The notes under the pieces are model-generated. The model did no database searches, was not told where the DNA came from, and was given only the letters and a program-made list of their open reading frames with translations. The position numbers and the translations under genes were made by a program. This document shows positions 1 through 13,958 of a DNA stretch of 64,000 bases, in pieces. This DNA comes from Iphione sp. A-MEVVRFRX5 (Eukaryota), in NCBI GenBank assembly GCA_976226885.1, contig OZ320316.1, positions 39,680,001 to 39,744,000 of the forward strand. The letters are read 5' to 3'. Within the stretch, counting starts at the first letter, position 1; each line of letters begins with the position of its first letter.

Positions 1-3000
1 TCATCGTTCATAATCTGTCAGTTGCCCCTTAGTAGAGTCCCTGCCAGTATTTTCAGAGTTGTGGGCAGGCGTGCTGACAGGGGATACAAGCAGGCCGTTA
101 GAGGGGGCGCGCCGAAATCCAACCCCCGGGCAGCCATGTTCACAGCGGAGCTGCAGGGTAATACATGGTGGGCGCATACTTCCCCGGGCATCATGTGCAA
201 ACTAGGGCGCCTGGGTCCCAAGCGCATGCCTGCTCGGGCGAGAATACGGGACATGGCAGAGGATGTATTCAGACAGTCGAAGGGCGCAAGAGCATGGAAA
301 CCACTTAGTATCAGACAAGATGTTCTTTTTTTCTCGCAAACATGCGTGAAGCATTTCGCCCCGCCTCCTCCGTGAGCGACGCCGCCGATGACATCAGGTG
401 GCAGCGATTTAGCAATTCGCGCTACATTTGCACTGTGACGAGGATAGACCAGGGGAAATGCTGTTTTTTTCGCCTTTGCTCCTCAGCAAAAGGGGCGCCT
501 GGGCCTTGGCCTCCAGCTGGGTTGGACTAACGCTGACTGTCGGCCGCTATCAAGTGGACGGGGCAGCAGGCAGCGACCGTAAAGCTGCCAGTGCGAGTGC
601 GAGACCTTCCGTCTTCTGGAGGACCTCTCCACTGTGTGCTGGGAAGTGGAGAAAGGTGGCTGCTTAAGTTGCCTTCAGTTGGGTGAGTAGGTGGGTGGGC
701 GGGATCTTATATGGAAGTGCAGAGAATGGGGGAAAGGATGGCGGCCGCCGAGTGAGACTGGCCGCGTGCCCTGACCACGGTCTAAGTTATGAGGTGTGGA
801 GAGGCTCGCGAAGGAGAGATGGGAGTTCGAGACCGACAAGAAGTGCAGTTTTATGTCTGGCCTCGCCGCAGTTGTAGAAAGTATGGGCAGGTCTAAGGGT
901 GGTAGTGTACAAGAGCAGTTACCGCCTTCCTACCCCCCCCCCCCCGCGCGCCCACCTCCATCCTACAACCCTTGTGGTATGACATTACCCCTTCCACTTA
1001 GAGGCTTTCCGACCTAACCCACGGCCCTGGCCCCACCACGTGGAGTACCTCTGAAGGTATACAGCAAAAAGAAATCGTCTAAAGTGGGCAGGTGGCGGTT
1101 TGTTATGACAGGTGCAAAGATTCCTCGTGTAATCTATCCCTCGTACAGAACGAGGAATGTAATTAGCTGCGAAAGATTTCAGATCGGATTCAAACAGGTC
1201 CTAAAAACGTCCATAAAGATCTGACCAGCCCTCATGAAACATGTGGCATTCTCTTCCACTCTGTCATATAGCTTTCGAGAGCACCCTAATTGTCGTCCGA
1301 CTGGTATGCGCATTGCAAGATAGCGCTAATTGGATAATTAGCATACTGCAATGTCTCAGAAGCCATAGTATGACCACCCAAGGCAGCTTGTAGACGCATC
1401 TTAACAGCCTGTGGTATTTTTGTGGGTGGAGGCGAACAAGGGACTTGCGTATCTGCTTGTGCCTGTTGGAGGTAGGAATGGGATGAACGAGGAACGGTAG
1501 ATAGGGTGTCTAGTCGTAGCCATAGCAATCTGCGGGTGTGCCTGGAGGATACGAGGAAGGGAGGCTATATCCATGGGAACAGATGGGCATTAGTCGAGGC
1601 GACGCCAGTGGTGGATGACACCCCTCGACTCCAGTGTCAATCAGATGTCTGCAGTCCAAGACACCAACTTGCCGGTCCGAGCTGAGAAAGCAAACTTAGG
1701 TTACAGTCTTCCTCTCATCGGTTCCCCAACATTCGCTTCTTTTTTTCTCTTTCTGTTTCCTGGCAATTACTCTCCCGTTTGGCCCTGCCCGTCATTGCGG
1801 TGTAATGCCAGTAGGAGGGGAGATACTTGTCAGGCCCTAAGTTGCAAACAAGGCACAATTATCATACCTCAGGGTGCACCTGATGATTTCAGTCTTCGTG
1901 GTCCAAGCCAACAACACAGACAACGCGACTAGATGATGGATACTTAAATCATTAGATAAAACTTTGATTCGCACAAGATACGTGCGCTTGATGGATGAAT
2001 ATATCTGTCCGAAGACCATTTTTTTCTCTCTCTGTGACTTAGGCGAAGACTCGCTCGCTTGCCTCTCTGTGTGGTGCCAAGGACTGGAGGGGTGACGTTT
2101 GGCGTCTGTGTCTACCTCCTGGTACGAGTTATTATGCCATGTTGTCCATGGTCATACATTGTGCTGTCATGGTGGCGGTGCCCCTGCTGAGGGGCCGACC
2201 AGATGCTCGGTGACCTCGCAGACCCATGTTATGCGGCCATGTCCTTTTATTCTCCAGTCCCCAATCGACTGGCTCCAAGGCTGCCATACTTAGAGGAACC
2301 ACCCCAGGCATAAAGGCAACACTAGGAGAAACGGAATAAAAACGGGAAGGCATTCCTCTTTTATCAATGGAATCATCTGTTAAAAAAACAACCAGTGAAC
2401 GCTTCTTCGCATGCGAACTGGTTTTTTTTCTCCCACTTAACACATAGTCAAGCAGTTATCACAACGTGTTGCCAAACGCTTCTGTTTATAATTGTTATCC
2501 AAAACTTTTGAGACCCGATTGTTATTGTGTTCGCTCGTCTTTTTGTTCCATTTAAAATACGCCTTGGGGCTTGGAACCAGTCCATGCGGTTCGGTGCGAT
2601 ATGGGTATATTCTACGTGCGCCGAGGTCTCGTGTGGGGAGGAAGCCCAGTACTCACCCCCATCCACAGATGCCTATCGGGGCACACCCCTCAGCAGGGGT
2701 AATTACCCCTTAATGGCCACCAGGCAGCATTGGGGGGTCAGACTGACCGGCCGACCAGCTCCCATTGTACTGGCCACAAGTCGAGCTGGACACCCGGCGA
2801 GTCGTGCTCCTTTGTTGGTACTTTGTGCCACTAGCAGGGTAGAGGGGTGATTACCCCCGCGGGCGGCCGGCCTGCAGTGGCCATTACCCGCCGGTGGTCA
2901 AGCTGGTCGGTGGTCGTCAACGCGGCAGGCTCCGGCCGCCGATGACCAACGCCCCGGCGCAGGCGGGCACCGAACCCACCATCATTTACCCCGTATGCAC

Positions 3001-4021
3001 TGAGGCGAACGCCGACAACCGACCATTGTGATTATCCACCGTACAACATTTCAATCAGAGTTTATCTTGACGAGTTAAAGGCCAGTGATGGGGGTAATTG
3101 GATTAAGTGGAAGGGGGTGCGATAAGGTTATTATCGCTCGGAGGCCCGACAAAAGTCAAGAGGGGCTATATCACAATCTGCAGTCATATCAAAATTGACC
3201 AGTTGGGAGGTGTAGCGCATAGCCGAGGCCATGCTGGGAAAGAATGTCGCAAAGAAGATCGAAGAAGACTCTCGCCTGGGCGGAGAGCTGATAACGTCTT
3301 GATATCTTTGAGAGTAGGCCTTGATATATTCAGCAGACTGAGTTCGCTATTCGACAGTCTAGACATCAATCATCCGTAAAATCCCAGTTATGATTACAAA
3401 TGTGACCCTGAGTGACTAGGAGGTGACTGGCAGGAGGGTGCCCTGCCCTGGAGTGATCTCACTGGAGTGAGTGACCACCGCCCTTTTCTCTGCCCCTCTC
3501 ACAAAGACTCTTCTCTCTCCCCCCCCCGGTTTATCTCATTATGGTCCATCACTGACCGATGGCTCTGGTATTCTCTCTCAACTACGATGGCCTTCACCTC
3601 CGTTCTCAAAATTCCGGCGTCTGGCGTGTCGACAGGCTGGCCTCAGATGCCGCCTGGCCAGCTCAGATTTATGTGCGGATGAAAGAGTGGATGTGTAATA
3701 ACAAGCAGCAGGCGGGGAACACGGTGGACGACGCAGTATACCTGTTACTGAGGTTATTACCGCTACAAGTCGTTATCATTGAGGGATGGCGACTACACAG
3801 GCCCTCGGACTTAGACACCAGGGATCATGTTCATGTGGCACCAAGAGCTTCTTATCTGCCATTAGGCCGGAGGAATTTGTCCATCCATTTCGAGCGGCTT
3901 GAAAATACACTCCACGTGGCCTGTGGCTGGCTTTCCGCTCAGCCCGATTAATGAGTTAAGCTGCCCGAGGGAAATGCCCAGGCAGGATGACATCTGCCGA
4001 GTGAAAACTGCGCTGGTAAGA

Positions 4022-4088
4022 GTGTTTGTGTGAGTGTGTGTGGTGTGTGTGTATGTGTGTGAGAGAGAAAGAGAGAGAGAGAGAGAGA
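4022..4088. repeat. Compound (GT)n/(GA)n microsatellite
   Basis: Directly visible dinucleotide runs. Confidence 0.95.
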
Positions 4089-7000
4089 CGTCCACAGGTT
4101 CTCTCTCGGTTGAAGTCTGAGGATGTACTACATGTGTGGGAGGCCCCCTGATCAAAGCCTCAACCTACCTGGGTCAGCTTGGCCCTCCCAGAAGGGGGCG
4201 CAGGTGATGCACATAGCTGCTGGCCCGCTATATCGGGATGAAGACCACACCCGAGACGAACGTTGGAAGAGAGGAAAAATATAAGAGAAGGTAAAGGAGT
4301 AGCGAAAGAAGAGGTATAACGTGCCCATGAACTGACAGTTAAGCAGACAGGCAGGCGCAAATGCAGTCCCTTTCACCCAAGTCTCAAATCTCACACGGTG
4401 TCGATTCTTTTATCATATTGCCCCTTAAAAAGAGAGGTGATTAGGGGTAAAAGGCCAGCACCTGTGCATTTGGTTACTTCTCCTGGGTACCCACACTCGC
4501 AGCTTTACTTTCGGATGTAATCGCCATCTGGTGCAAGGGTTTCAATAGGCAAAGCCGTTCCTGTCTGGCACAGTGAGAGTTAGATGGAAAAGAATTGGGG
4601 GGAAAACCCCATGAGATTATAGATTATATTTCTTTCATATAGGCCTATGTAAGTCCATTGGGTAACACTAACCTATATAATAAACATGCTTGAACAAAAT
4701 AAATATTTTCTGCCACCTGCTACTGAATCCCATGCACATTGCTACAGCCCAACTCACCTTTCCAATGTAAGATTAATCGTCTTTTGGTCTATAGAGATCT
4801 GGGCAAGTGTCATATGTCACAAAACACCCCCACCCTCTGTATGACTCATGAGTCTTTGAAGGTCCAGTATGGTCAGACATAGGCGGGGAGGTCGGAAGGG
4901 GGGTAGTCTTCATCTTACCCCCATCTCTATACGTGTGTGATCATTCATGTATAAAAAGAAGCAGTTGTCACAGTTCGATGCATCAACAGATATAAAAGAA
5001 CCGCATAGGTAGCCTATGTTTTTAACTCCATGCACACATACATTTATACATACAGATAAACTAACTTCGGGGAAACTGTGTGACTCTTGTAAAGATGAAT
5101 ACATGTACAGGCACAACTTTATACACATGTACACATGCATGGAGAATAAACAAGCACAGGTATACTTGAGAGTATTGTCTGGTTTGGGATGGGTATATTA
5201 CATAGCGTCAAGGGAGAACTGGATAGGGTGCCATTTTCCACGGCTTAATGCTGAGTGAGCTCCACAAGGACCTAGAGTGGTCGGGTCAGTGTCAGGCTGG
5301 GTTCGGAGGGCCATGTCACGGATCATGGGCACGCACTTAGCAGCCAGATCGATCACAATGGCCAAACCAACCGAATGCGTTCGGAAAAAAACAACCGCGC
5401 TACACTACAACGAACACTCAACAGTCAAGCACTCCAAATGTGTGCAACTGCCTGCTGCAAGAATATGCATTACATCACGCGACAAGGCATCTCGCACCCA
5501 TATACTGGCATCTATATCGTGTATATATAGAAGTACATGTATACAGTATACAGGGAGCACTCATTTAACATTCTCACAATAGATAACATACTGGGCCTAC
5601 TTTACGAACACACTGGCCAGGCTGTATCCCTTATGCTGTGCGGCCATTTTCCACTGGGCAATATGGATATCGCAACACAAGCCTCTACAACACCCGGACA
5701 TGTCCAGATCCATTATGGCGCCAACAAAAGATGGCATCAGCCATAAACTATTCACCTGTCCATTGCCGACGCTAGGTCACCTCCAGGGCTGACCCCCACA
5801 GACCCCGCCTGGATGCCGGTCAGGTCCCACAGTCAGCAGTCAATAACTGTCCTTGTGTTTTGTTTGCCCTGGTAGCCAATAGATAATGATCGGCATATTG
5901 ACCATGCGTGGCATGTCAATGGCTCGGCAAGGCACACCCGTGGGATCGCATTGTGTCGTCCGTAGGCTGTTCGTATAGTGGCCGGCCACAAGCCCGAGGA
6001 ATTGTAGTAATCAATAGCTTGGATCCTCCACTCTGACCCTCGCCAACCCTTGCACGCTTCCCCCACCACCTCCTAACCTCCGATTACCTAGCGTCAATGC
6101 CGAGGCCCTCAATGGTCATCCCCGTCCCCCTTAACGAGCGATAAATCTGCTCGCCGCCCGGGCTTTTATTGGTCACAGAGAGCAACTCAATCTGCTCAGT
6201 GACCACCTGGTAAATGCTCGCTAAGTGCCCGCTGGCTAAACTGACTATTATGGACAACACTCTCGGGGCCAAATGGCATCAAAGGGGCCACACGAACGCC
6301 GGGGATGCGCAAGGGGAGGTGCGGACAGACAAACGTAACAAATTGAACTCGGGCCAAGAGGCAAATAGCCTAAAAAAAACAAGCTCTCGTGCACCTTCTG
6401 CCACTCAATTGACCACAGGCATCAAGCACGCGTCGCTTTGGCCAGTTTCTGCTTATTCAGCACCTTCTGAAAGTTGGTCAACACGCCTTTGGGGATATAA
6501 TCAAAACAACAAACATTGAAATCCAACACCTCAGCATATTTCAACCACTCTGAATAGGGATCTGTCTTGTGATGATCTGGGAGCCTTTGTCCGTTTGTGT
6601 AGCTTGCGAAACCCTCTTTCCTCTACTTGACCTTTTCCTCGACAATTCTTTTATTTACATATATCCATGCATGTACACACACATCCGACAGCTTGTCATT
6701 CCATCCTATTTTCTCTACTCACACAGGTTGCAATCGTATCAATATGATATTTTAAACAGAGCTTTTATAATATTCTTTATCAGAAATCATGTATACTTTA
6801 CCCCTGGCCAACGCGATATGCCTTAAGATATAAGCTAACAAACTGTCATTCAGGGGGTGGGGGGTCGGCAGTTCAAGCTGGGGCCATTCTCGCATACAAG
6901 AGAAGAGGCGGCGTCCACTAGAAAAGAAATGCATGTAGTAAAGAAACACAGGTCCCGTCTGTCTGAGTAAAGGCAATACTTTTGAAGTTTGACCGTCTTT

Positions 7001-9900
7001 ACTTATGACAGTGTCCGGTAATCAATGGAGAACATGCGGGGCAACTTGCGCTTTAGCATGCAAGCACACCGCGCTCACACAAGGAACCGCACCCCCTGCA
7101 GATTTTTACCTGTACGTCTTGTCAATCTCTCGATCGCTTGCGCTATGGTCACCCTTGCTGGCGAGCCGCGCTTTCCAGCTCTGCGGCCAGGACGTGACCC
7201 CGTGTGCGCACCTTAATCCCAAGTGGCATCAAAGTCACTTGGCTTCTTCCTCAGATGTCGTGATCAAAACGGGTCTATAATTGCTTGATTTGACTACAGC
7301 CCGGCCTCCCCATGTTGATTTCACTCAGAGACGGCTAGCTGCCAGGAACTTGCAGACAAAGCATGTTCTGGTGTATTTTATGCATGTACAATCTACATCA
7401 GTAGTGGCACACGACGGTCCACCTGCCCACATGCCTCTAACCTGCCTAGAAATATACGCATCTGGTTTCATTATGTTAAAATTCAGCTAGAATAAACCCA
7501 CTTTACTTCATTTCAATAGTAATTCATTCATTCATATAAACGGATGCGTCTATAAACAGCTCCCCCCCTTCGCCTATTACATGTATACAGTATGTTTTTC
7601 TTTATGTATTCATAAGTCAATATACTGATAGTTCCCCCTCGGAACTGATCTGTTCGTGCGATCAGTACCAGTACTACATACACAGAGCCAGCACATGAAT
7701 ATATTTATCAATTTAAATAGCCACACACTGAGCTCTAATAAATGCCCCGCTTGACATGTGCCTCATACCAAAGATAATATCTCCTAACAAAGATCAGTGA
7801 ATAAACTGGCTCGGCCGGACGGTGGTGGCCGTATCGGATCAGTCATGCGCGAATGACTAATTTAAACGACTATGGCCCTGACCTGTAGACCATAACTGGT
7901 CGAGCTGGTTTGTTTGCGGGCTCTATTGATCGTCCATTGAAATGGCCCACTTTTCCATATTGATCCCAGGAAAATCCCCCACCACCCTACTGAGTTGCAA
8001 ATAACAGCGATCAGCGCCTATTTAAACCGCAATGGACGCCTGATCCCACGCATCTCGTCCACCCCCGTCCTGCATCCCACTCTACACCCCCACCCCCGCC
8101 CCTCCACCTCTCCCTTCGGACAGGCAGCGTCCGGGGCTTCCAGGACAACCACACGGCGATGACCGATTGACCGCCGGCGCACCTTCCGCACACTGCAGGG
8201 TGACCGCCAGCTGACTACCGACTTCTACCTGCCTCCATGGCCACCACCGACCCTCCTCCCACCCTCCCCTCTCAGGTAAACTGCCCATCCGTACCCCATT
8301 CCCCCCACCCCTCGAGCATCCCTTGCTACATTCAACCCACCGTTGGGAAAACACATGCGCCCTTTCCAAACTGCTCTCATCTGGCCGCTGCAATTACCGA
8401 TCCCTTCCTGCTGGATCGATAGGCAATAGCCGCTCCCCATAACCCATTTGCATCCCCACAGTACAGGTATTATTGATAGTCCCCCTACGGCATGGGAGTC
8501 AGACCATGAAACGCTGGCCAGGTGAGGCAATGGGCGGGAGGGAGTTGGGGAGGAGGTGGTGTGGAGTGGCTAGCTTTCGGGAGGTAGAGGAGGGTCCATC
8601 CAGGCGTATGTAGCCATAGTTAATGTCTTGACAACCGAGCGGGTGTTTTTTATGCGTTGCCGGTGTATGGAACCGCATGGCTGTTGATGTCCACGCTTAA
8701 GTCCATTGCGGCGTTTTATGAGGCAAACAGCTCGGTAAGTTGTGGGTCAATATTGGGAGTAACAACCCCTGTCTGTCGTCCCCCATACATAAGGCTGACC
8801 ATTATGGCGACTGACCCGCGTGTTTTTAAGGTTAGCGGGTCGTCTGAGGATACAACCCTCCTACCGCTGAACGATCCACTGCCGAGTCCACCCTAAAGTT
8901 ATCTCACGCTCTCGGCTGGAGATCCACAACGTTCTATCCCAGGTGAAACACTGTGGGCCCGACTTACCTTGACTGACATCTTTCTCAGCGTTGTAGCGGG
9001 TCAATGGCTGACCGTGGCGCTGCTGCAGGTAGCATTTGCGACCCTCACCGTTTACCCCTGTGGGCCACATCCTTCTGTGATTACCTTTTTAACCCTTAAC
9101 GGCTGTATGTGCGTAGTTTGTATATCATTACGAAAAAAATACCTTTACGGAAATGTCAAAAATATTTGCAGAAAATGGAAGTTATAAATCAATGTACCCA
9201 TGGACGTCAAGAAATTCTGCCCCCAAGGCAGCCAAATTCTACTTATATTTAATTGGAGAAAATGTGGGCATACTTACAGTCGGTGCCATTCAAACCGTTA
9301 TTTTGTTTAATCGAACTCACCTATAACGACAAAATGAAACAAGCGATTTAGTTACATTGGAACAATACGGCGGTTAGCATGAATAAACTGCGAGGTCAAC
9401 ATCTCTTTCGGATGTTAATCATTCTCTACCACGAAGATGTGAATAAAAACCAGATATGATGAAATACTTGGGTCCGTCGATGTCACCTTGAAACGTATAC
9501 GTATGTTTATTAGTGTGAACATACCACGACAATAAGCGATTAGTCGACAGGTGTGTGAATATTTAATCGAGTCGGATGATACAATGTCTGTCATTCGAAT
9601 ATATCAGCGACAGATTAGATCTAACGTTAAATACAATCAGCAACCATGCCGACAAGAATGGCCGCTGCCGAGAGAGCATGACTGGTCTTGATGGAGATAA
9701 ACACTGGGTGGAGGGGGTGGAGCTAGGACTAGAGCGGGACTACTGGTCACTGAAAGCCTGCGGTGGCCCACCTGACATTCAGGAATAAATAGTGAACGAT
9801 CGGTCGGCAACCTGATCCACCAGGTAGACGACGAGTCGGTACTGGCCATCACCACCATGGGCAATCGCCCGACCACTAGCGCTGACACCGCTACCGACCC

Positions 9901-9940
9901 CCACTACCACCACCACCACCACCACCACTACCACCAACAC
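9901..9940. repeat. (CAC)n trinucleotide microsatellite
   Basis: ccactaccaccaccaccaccaccaccactaccaccaacac. Confidence 0.9.
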
Positions 9941-12621
9941 TGGCCGAAAACCTGGGCAGCGGGCTTCACAGCTGCTGCTTGTTCTAGGTGACCCAAAACG
10001 GGCGGCCAAACGCTGATCCAGCCTGGCCACAGACTCCTCCCTGGATCTCTAGGTTGCCCCTTTTGTCCACAGAACCGACCGCTTCACCTTTATACACTCA
10101 TAGCCCTGTAACCACCCCATTCTCCTCAACCATGCCCTGTGCATGTACTGCTCCCCATCCGGCTATGTATTGCTTGCCCGTACGCTCGATGAACACGTGT
10201 ATCGAACTGTTTAGAAACAACTCGACATGGGTTTGCGCATTGGGTTTAATGAAGGGTCGGGTGCAGCCATACTTCTATCTCTACTCCTTGAAACACAACC
10301 ACCGCGTAGTTAACGCTATCGCCCCTGAACTGGCTTTCCATGATGATCAATGTCCGGAACGTAAATAAAGCGACAGATACTAGAATGGGCGGAAAGCTGG
10401 AGTACACCGCGAAATTCTTAGCTTTCGAGATTGCTTCGGGGGTGAAACTTGAATGATTGAAAGAAAGCTGGTCTTGAACATGTAGTGAATTATGGCAGCT
10501 CCAGGTAAGCCAGCAGGACTCCTTGCTGAGTTGTCCACGAATATTAAGCACTGATATCTAAGGCGTGTATATATAGGCTGGCGGTCGGGGGTGTAGATCG
10601 AGTTGCTCGCGTCGAGTGGCTCGGCTTCCTTGCCTGAGGGGGGGGGGGGGTGTCGGGGAGTGTGCAGAGAAGGGGGGGGGGGGCGATAAGAAGGAACGGA
10701 TGGAAAGCCCGGGAGATGCAGTTGGGAGCAGCATAGGTAGGAGGGGTTGGTCAGACAAGAACGCAGGAGGTATACAGGCTGGAGAGGTTGGTGGAGGCTA
10801 CAGAGGAGACGGGTAGGAGGCCACAGGGGACGGCTAACTTTAGACACGGGCCACATGGCCATGCACCGCTCCGTCAGTGCTGACGTATATGCCAGCACCA
10901 GGTAGACAGCTAACCCTCCTGCCCCGTGATAACCTGTCCCGATGGTTGGCAGTCCGGCTGGACCCTGGGCTCCCACCGCAAGATAATTGGGATCCGCCGA
11001 GTAATATCAACCAGCTCTTATGAGGTGCCCTGTTGAAGAGGCAACATGTTAGGTCCTGGTTCAAGTTAAGCATTAACCCTTTAGCCCGGTCATGAACTGT
11101 ATGGCGGTACATGTAGGTGGCTACATGGGAGTGGGGCAGCAGGTTAAAATGCATGGACCTCTACACCAGATGCAGACTGATTACAGCCTTATCTATTGGC
11201 CACATCAAAGCGTTTACCGTTGACAAGCAAATTGCCGGTAATTCGTCGCTATAAATCAAGTCATGTGGCAAGTACAAGTACATGTTCACTTATATACATG
11301 TACCCGAATTCCAACGTACCCAATTTGCCTGCTTAATTGCCAGTGCTTTTTTTTATTATTAGAATGATTTGAGGGGGGGGGGCAAACTTTCTATTTGAAC
11401 AAAGGAAAGAGGATCATATATCGATTCATAAGCTTTGAAGCTTTGGGTGTTGACAATGGCTGTTGTCAGGGGGTGGGCGGCACTAAGGACAGGAAGGTTG
11501 AGGTGAGGGTACGGTCGTTTCCGTATGACCCTCAGGTCACGGAGATACTATAGATGTACAGGTCCACACAAACCTTAGTACTGGCGTACCATCCTCTTAT
11601 ACGGGACACAGGGATCACTTTACTCATTTCAGGTATACTATACACTGGTTACCACTAAGGGGTGACAACTCCCGCGAGTATACTTATAGACAGAAGATTC
11701 TGTTCTGAGAAGAGGACACTGACCGAGGGTACACCTCACGGCTTGCCCTCCGGTTTTGACCACTGCTATGTTTGAACCGGAGGCGTCCTTCAGTGACCCT
11801 TAACGGGGAAACACATTAAAGTTTAGGTCTTTATTAGTCGTCATCCCCCAAGGGCATGGGCGTCTCCATCAATTATCATTCACCAGACTCGCTGGCACCT
11901 GCATGAGTCGTTACTGTGTACTGTCAACCTTTTCCCGATGGGAGTCGTTACAAATTTGTAATAACCACTCCAGGATGTGATAGATCCTCTAAACATAGCA
12001 GGGACTCGGTGCTCAATTTTCTTATTTCCTGGTTAGCTACTAGTCAATGACATCCAGAAATCCGTGATCAATAAACACAAATAAAGTGGACACACACAGA
12101 GCATACCTTTCGTAACAAATGTACAGGAAGAGTGTTCAATCACTCTCGATCCAAAACCGGGTGTAAATACTCTCCACTAACGCCCTCACATAAGGGACAT
12201 AGGGGGGTTGGGAATGAAGTTCCTTATGGAACAGGATTCGGAGGTAGCCATGGGTGACCGGCCGTCGGCAGTCACAGACGGCTATAGAAAAAAGTCCCCC
12301 TTTTCATACGACCTAATTGAATATTGATGACATTTATCATCGAGCCGGCCGCCATAAATCCGCGATCCGCCGCATTGTGTGGCATTGAGAGGGAGGCCGC
12401 TTTGTGCAGGCGCCGGTGTCCGGGAGGCGGTGTGGACCTAAGTGGACTTTGGTCACCCCAGACCCCACCCCCGAGGGCCGAATGTCCAGCGCCCGTGTTG
12501 CAGCATGGCCCCCAACTTCCAACCTGATCCATCACTCGTGCCTGACAGTGTAACACTAACCACTGATGTAGACCCGCAATATCTTATTTCGGTTGCAGCT
12601 CTTGTCGAGTGCCAGCACATG

Positions 12622-12652
12622 CACACACAGACACACACACACACACACACAC
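12622..12652. repeat. (CA)n microsatellite
   Basis: Directly visible. Confidence 0.95.
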
Positions 12653-13880
12653 GACAAACTGACCGACCCAGTCGGTGGTCCCCCGTTGAACCGATGGAGT
12701 CCTGCCCGCACTGCCTGACACGCGGCCCGCGCGACCATTCATCCTGCACGGATAACAATCGCCCTGCCATGCCATGCCATGCCATGCTCATATTCATCAA
12801 ACGGTGGTCAGTTATTAATTCCTACCTGATGGCGCATACGATCCGTCTACAGATCCGACGCACACTCGCCCTGGCGCCTGCTGCCCCCACAACCCCCACC
12901 GAACCCCTACCCCCTATAAGCATGCTACTCGCCTCCAGCTTCCCCCAAATGGGGTTTTAAAAAGGAGCCCTCCCCCTCCGCACCACCAATCCATGCAATA
13001 CCCCACCCCCATCTCTACTGCTAAAGGTACCAGCAGGAAACCGACCTTGCATGTCCAGCCTGTTTGGTTATTCGAGCCCACCCTTCTCTCTCCCCCCCCC
13101 CCTTGATAACGGTGATCAATTACATGGAGCTTGGGACGAGGAGTTAATACGAGATACAAGTGTGCGTGTGCGTGTATTTCGTTTCTTTTAACGCAAATGC
13201 CTTTCGGTATTTGTGTAACTCGTACATATCTGTAGGTATGAGCATGTCAGGACGAGAGTGCAGGAGCACTAGAAATGATAAGATGGTTGATGAGGAATCC
13301 CGTCCTCCGTAAGGTCAGGGAGAGGCAAACTGCACCCAAAATTGGAGGCAACCAAAGTGCGAGATGAAACACGTGAATAAGATGACACCCGTGGTAAGCT
13401 CTCGACTGCGGCCACGGTCACTCGAGTGCCAACAAACAGATCTGTGAGGCTCAGCCGCTGGTCAGTTTGCTCATCGGTGAACGCCCCCCCCCCCACCTTC
13501 CCCAGTTCATCTGACCGCTGTCCGTGCCCGACGCCAACGCCCATGGTGACTCAAAGCGCCCCACTCCTCGACATTGGCGCGGTCGTTTTCCAAGTCGTGA
13601 GTGGTCGGTGAGAGTGGCCCGTGTTAGTGGGCGCAAAACTAAACAGCCAAGCACAAACCACAGTCTATTGACACTGTCCACCTCACGAAAGGAAATGCTA
13701 TAGGGTTTAGTTATAAGGATTGGAGAGGGCGGGGGCGGGGGGGGGGTTGAGAGGTATGTTGCCATCTTTCCCCCGCATCCGCCACACCCTAGACCTTCCT
13801 ATACATATATGTATGGTGGGCAACTATGTGGACAAGGCTATCCAATAGCTCTAACGTTGACACGGGGAATCTTCTTACTC

Positions 13881-13958
13881 AACACACGCACACGCGTACG
13901 TACTCACGCACGTGCTCGCACGCACGCACGCACGCACGCACACACAAACACACACACA
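13881..13958. repeat. (CACG)n/(CA)n compound microsatellite
   Basis: cgcacgcacgcacgcacgcacacacaaacacacacacag. Confidence 0.9.

Noticed and set aside
455-492. Hammerhead-like core on the minus strand (CUGAGGA-GC-AAAG-GC-GAAA)
   Set aside because: Stem II is only 2 bp, and stems I and III cannot be completed in a type I or III topology. Other CUGANGA words checked lacked a matching GAAA.
8968-9070. ATG-started phase-1 ORF ending at a perfect minus-strand donor AAG|GTAAGT
   Set aside because: About one perfect AGGTAAGT per strand is expected by chance in 64 kb. There is no promoter-like context and no in-phase acceptor. The same applies to TAG|GTAAGT at 53118, which has an in-frame stop and no ATG.
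10380-10976. 198-aa minus-strand ORF
   Set aside because: Low-complexity Pro/Leu content generated by G-tracts, with no recognisable domain.
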